Of a DNA stretch of 50,510 nucleotides, positions 45,274-50,510 are shown in pieces. The DNA lies in contig CBFFRP010000339.1 of assembly GCA_965644295.1 (NCBI GenBank), positions 1 to 50,510 of the forward strand. The letters are read 5' to 3'. Under the pieces are notes generated by a model that was not told the origin of the DNA, did no database searches, and worked only from the letters and a program-made list of their open reading frames with translations. The position numbers and the translations under genes were made by a program. Each line of letters opens with the position of its first letter. Position 1 is the stretch's first letter. This DNA is from Paraphysomonas bandaiensis. Taxonomy: Eukaryota; Protista; Chrysophyceae.

Positions 45274-45611
45274 CCTTCCATATCCCATTTTTCATGTCTT
45301 CGTCATGCATTATAAGGAGGCTATGTCGTCCCGTGTTCATGATTTTGAAACATGGCGATTGTCATTGATCTTCGTATACCATATGTTACAGGGACTGAGG
45401 GAAGAGCACCTGCAAGGTATAAAAATTCGTACATAAGTACATAAATGTTTAGACGACTGTGAGAAATTGTAGTCGCACGAAGCTTTTTGTTGCCATAATT
45501 GGCATTACCATCACAGTTAACCCCTGCTAGTGTAACTGGCTCGAATGCTCTGTCTGTTGTCTATTAAATCAGGCACACAATCCTGATGACCACAATCCTG
45601 ACCCTATTGAT

Positions 45612-46722
45612 TATTGGTCATTTTACAATTAAGAAATGTTTAGAGTAATCAAACTAGACAGACTCTTTCACAGTTTCATGTATGATGAAGATAGACCGCG
45701 ACAAAGAAGAAGTGTCGATACTGTTCTAAAAAAAGTATTATACACAACGAATTCGACGACACCAAGACTGGTAGGAAAATCACAAGAGTACGGAGAAGTC
45801 ACATCGAGAAGTCTCGAAAGAAGGAGAGAGCATCTACATCGACAACGTATTCGTTGTATATAATACCTTTTTTAAAACAATATTGACACTTCTTCTTTGT
45901 TTCGGTCTATCTTCATCATACATGAAACTGTGAAAGAGTCTATCTAGTTTGATGCAATAAGTGCTCCTCCGTACTCTTTCGCATCTTGTCGAGGATATTC
46001 CTACCAGTCTTGGTGTCGTCGAATTCTTCTATACGTTTAGACAACAACTCGTATGATACATCATCCGACATTCAAACCATCATACTCATCACTTGTCAGC
46101 CCTTCCTTCAGTCGACTGATTTTGGAGATCTCTGGCACCGTTTGGTTATGGGCCTGAAGTTCACGAAGAAACAGCTCAAAACGCAAAACATATTCTTAAC
46201 GGTCTCCCCCGGCTTCGTCTCAAATGATCTAAGTTGGGAAAGAAGATTTGCAATCTTATTCTGCTGCCCACCCTCGAAACAGGATTTCAGTGTCTGAATC
46301 ATCTCTCGAGTGACTGAACTTTTCTTCCCGTGCTTCTGTTGCTTTGAACTCCTTATGCTTTAGATGAAGCTTCTGGAGTGCGTTCGGGGATCGCTTCACC
46401 GCCTCCCTGCAGTACGAATACGAGATGGCATTTGCCTCCCAGTAATCTTTCATCGCTTGCTTGTATGACTTCGCCTCGAGCTTGTTCAACGGTGGAAGTC
46501 CGAAGTCCTCCTCTCTTGGTGACTTTTCGAGCGCGACCTCACTCTGCTCTTTGCGCATCAGAAACTTCTCGAAGTTTTCAATTCACTGTTCAACATTGCT
46601 CTCGTCGAATCATGGCACATTAGCTCTATCCTCCTTCTCTCCTCCGCATCCACTAACATATTGAGTATTGGTCATTTTACACTTAAGACGTTTATGGTAA
46701 TCAAACTAGTAGATAGACTCTT
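45612..46722 (-). mobile_element. Relic Copia-like element: gag remnant between ~55-bp direct repeats, with nested inverted repeats
   Basis: Direct repeats TATTGGTCATTTTACA.TTAAGA...GTAATCAAACTAG...GACTCTT at 45612-45667 and 46666-46722. Broken minus-strand frame KVP*FDESNVEQ*IENFEKFLMRK...YWEANAISYSY...TLKSCFEG...KIANLLSQLRSFETKPGETV resembles the N-terminus of a Copia gag. Confidence 0.6.
45648..45953. repeat. ~105-bp inverted repeat with ~96-bp spacer
   Basis: 45648-45752 is the reverse complement of 45849-45953 with scattered mismatches. Confidence 0.93.
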
Positions 46723-47640
46723 TATTATAATTGCATACACAATTGTGTGTGTTGTCATTGAAAACATGTCAACAACATGATAAATTATTTCATTCATGTC
46801 AGCCACTGCTCAACTTCCGTATCTTGAATCGTCATGATACAATACTTCAGTTTCACAGTTATAGCTATATAGCACCTTTGACTATTGACTACGTATTACT
46901 GTTTTTCACATTGTATTTAACGTATTCTACAGTACTATCTTTTAGACCATATGTATTCCAACAGACCCTAACCCTGACAGAGTTGAGTGACACTGCTCCA
47001 AAATATATCCATATATCTGGCATACGAACTCTCTAATAATATTCTTGAAGTACTTTTCCTATATTACTTAAAGTTGTAGTTATAGGTTATAGTATGATAG
47101 CATGTAAACCGCCCTTCATCTGAGCATCTTTATACCAAATAGTTTACCCGGTGTAAGACATACCAGTCACAAAGTAAACGGTTGAATATTGGTGACCAAT
47201 GAAACTAACATACTTTCAGTTTTATGAAATACTAAAAGGATTCCCACCGACTTAGGGGCACCATCTGCCACGTTGTATATAATACAAGACTTTGATAGCT
47301 ATAGGAAACTGAAACATTGCTTTCGTTGTATGAACACACGACAATGTGCCCATTGATACGATAGTCTATATCTCATCAAGCAATAGCGACGTCAAAATGC
47401 AAATGAAGCACACCAGAGAGAATTGTACTAGAAGTATAGCACCAATAAAAATGTAACCAAATTTATTCCTTTCTAAATGTAATCAATACCAAACACGCAG
47501 CCAAAATAGACTGAGATTTCAGATATATGAAAAGTAAAACTGCATACTGCATTCAATTCACTTGTACCGCTCCCTCGAGCAGCTTCCTACATTAGATTTA
47601 TAATTCGGAGTTGTCTTGCTGTAGATCCGGATCAAATATG

Positions 47641-50266
47641 TTAGCTTTGGCATACTTTCCCTCTTTAAAGCTTTGCGTCTTATCAAGCACAGACCTTACG
47701 GACTTTTGAGCGTGTGATCTCTCACGAGTAATTCCCCTGCCCTTTTTCGCATTTCTCTCGAACTCTTCCTCGATGAGGAATCCCTGAAAAAAACTTAAAA
47801 AAGAAGTGCTTTATAACTCCGCTATATACCTGTAACAGAGTATCCGCAGTGATAATCAAGATATCCAAGAACATCGAAGCTGGTGACGTAAAAGGAATTA
47901 TCCGAAGACACCAATTATCGTTAATTAAATCATACCAGTGAGCCATGCAATAAATCCAACAAATATGGTTGGAAGAATGAATCCATTTAACTGGTCCTGC
48001 AAATGATATTACGTTATAACCCAAATAGAAACTATGTAAAACTAACCTCCAAGTATCTGTCCATATAAAGGTAGGCCAGACCAGAGCACACAAGCGTCAC
48101 ACACAGCTTTCCTATGATCCAAGGATTCGATTACAGAAACTTGAATCAGTATCAAACTTACCAATTACAACGGTTAAGTTTCCGATCAACGTTACCACAG
48201 ATACTCTTGCGATGTTTCTCATGATCAGGCCAAAGGCTCGCACAGCGGAAGGAAGGAATCCCTTACCCTCCATAGCGCACTATGCAACAAGCAGATATCA
48301 AATAAACGATATAGTATACGCACAGATACGAAAATACCTGAATATATGCGTGCTTGTTGATAAACTTAATGCATTCCTCTAGACAGTGGATGCAGCAGAA
48401 CATGCATTTCAGGACACACTGGTGAAATCGATTCTAAAAGAAACAAAATCAGCGATATGCATACACGGAGAGTGTATTGTACATTCGGGTCTGAGAACTT
48501 CTCCTTGATATACGTTAGCACGTAGCGTATCATTTGAATCACCGCCAAAATAAGCGACCCAAAGGCGGCTGTGCCACAATGATATCTGGCAACCACGGCA
48601 GATGATTTGAATATCTGTGCATTGCAAAATGACGGGAATCGAAAACGAAAAATTAGCTCCACCTGAAAATGACTGACGGAATCACGATTCTCGGCAAAAT
48701 ACCACTCCAGGCATGCATGTGCGAACGATATCTGGTCCATTTTTATAAAAATAATGAAACCATTAACAACAGATATAGTAAATTATCATATCTCACCTGC
48801 CCGAAGGCTTCTATAAATGCTGTAGTCCACAGCCACATAAACACCATAAACACGACCTACAGTACCCCCAAGCTATAAGCTAACTATACTTGCATATATC
48901 ATACATACCGCTTGTTTCGCGCGTTCACTATACTCCAATTCTTTCTCAGCGACCCCCGCACCATCAGGTTCTGTTGTAACCTAGTATGACAAATAAGGGA
49001 CATGGGTACATAGGCGGACATTCACCTCCGCAGACGACACTAAGTAGACAGTGTACAGCAACCAGAGGACAGAAAATCCGCAAAAACACAGCACCTACAT
49101 GGTGTGAAATACATAGAGGAATAAACTCAAGCAATGAACCTGACAAAGACAAAATAGCGGTACGGCTGTCAAAGACGTCACACATGCAGCGGCCTCCTGA
49201 ATGAGATCTATTGCCAGTTGAATCCTAAAGACAGCATTAACTTAAAAGACTATATACGTATATAAAACATAACGTACCGTTCTCTGAGAAAACAAACCAC
49301 ACATACCCAAACTACAGCCAGACCTGCCAGGAGTCCCCCTATTCCCCTCAATAGATTGATCTGCATGTCCGAAAACGCTTCCGGATCATCTGATTGTGCC
49401 TCGTTTTCTTTGTAGGCTTTGTTAAGCATTAATATTGCTCCTGCAACCAGGAACGCTTCTATGATAATCACATTTGACCACACGATGATTGTCAGCATGC
49501 AAGGGATTCTGTATATGAAACCTTTAGAAGTACATTATGTCCAACGACCTTCTCACCTCAAAAAGAACAGATAAACGTAACACATCACAACAGCCAAGAC
49601 AAACCCTGTAACGGCTATCAGTCCAGCCACACGAATAAAGTCGCCAAAAGTGTCTTGTGCAATATTAGTCTGCCGGTTTTCGATAACTGGAATACAATAT
49701 CCAAGAATATTCACAGTCTAGAGAGGTATCATAAAGACAATTAAATATATATGTATTCACTACTAACATCCCACGGAGAATCCCATTCCTCAGAGGGATC
49801 ATAAGGATTTACTCTTGTCTCGCCTTCCTTGGGACATGAGCTAACACAGAAGCCGTATTCTTCGGAGTAGCTGGGATCGTAGTCAGGTGACAGTATGTTA
49901 TTCGGCTCCCACTTCTTCTCTAGATCTTTAACAGGATTATCAACGCCACATATCTTCCCTTTGTAGTCCACTCCACGAAGTAGACGTTCAGGATTACCTT
50001 CGTTAATTTTATCACTATGAATAATTCCCAGAGCAATAAACCCGATAACTATATACGTATATAACAAGAGATGAGATGATCTACCATCTATATATATATA
50101 TACATACTTGTCATTGCAATCCATCCACATATAATTAAAGCAAGAAAAAAAAGATCAGTACAATCTCTTTGTTTCGCTGTTCCTGTAAAATCAGATGTAG
50201 CAATAAACTCTTTATGAAGTTCTGATTTGGATTTCTTAAAACTGACATCACGTGTAGCTTTTTCAT
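47641..50266 (-). CDS. Choline transporter-like (CTL/SLC44) protein, multi-exon
   Basis: Motifs RDCTDLFFL, GNPERLLRGVDYKGKICG, CVSSCP, VARYHCGTAAFGSLILAVIQMIR, INKHAYIQ, KGFLPSAVRAFGLIMRNIAR and ADTLLQGFLIEEE. Confidence 0.92.
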
Positions 50267-50510
50267 ACTATCTATTGGGTACTAGATACGACTAGATGAA
50301 TAGATGGTTATGAATTGAATCCACTGGTAGTTATAGTGATATAGTTAATTGAGGTGATAGCATGTTATCTACCTCATATATATGTGTATGTAAATCCTCG
50401 GGTCTGATTCAGATATCTGACTATCCACACACGCTCTATACAAGTACCAGTAGCTAGAGTACGCATACTATATACAAGACTATGTACAGTGTCGGACAAA
50501 AATAATGACA

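Overview
Eukaryotic nuclear DNA with compact genes and very short (~45-60 nt) GT-AG introns, probably from a protist (a stramenopile origin is only an inference). From left to right: (1) a Ty3/Gypsy LTR retrotransposon on the minus strand, cut by the window edge. Its polyprotein reads gag-like/zinc knuckle, protease, RT (YQDD), RNase H and then an in-frame SET (lysine methyltransferase) domain; the supplied ORF track misses this because the frame runs off position 1. (2) Host genes: a pseudo-receiver (CheY-like) protein, SRR1-like, an ABCA transporter, a coiled-coil protein, DIM1/TXNL4A, a NOL8-like RRM protein, a selenocysteine tRNA, a Nup98-like FG nucleoporin with a duplicated GLEBS block and no autocleavage site, an FBXL-type LRR protein, a GT-A glycosyltransferase, a bacterial-type HutD/Ves protein and a choline transporter-like (SLC44) gene. 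(3) Other mobile DNA: a young full-length Copia with 5-bp TSD and non-TG..CA termini, a Copia gag relic with nested inverted repeats, and two deleted hAT derivatives. (4) Four copies of a ~0.5-kb non-coding interspersed repeat, at least two with long target-site duplications. Its first ~85 nt fold by hand into an HDV-like ribozyme resembling the trypanosomatid ingi/RIME/L1Tc 77-79 nt signature. The ribozyme-headed SINE-like family and the SET-bearing Gypsy are the two strongest novelty candidates. All alignments, translations and folds were done by eye.
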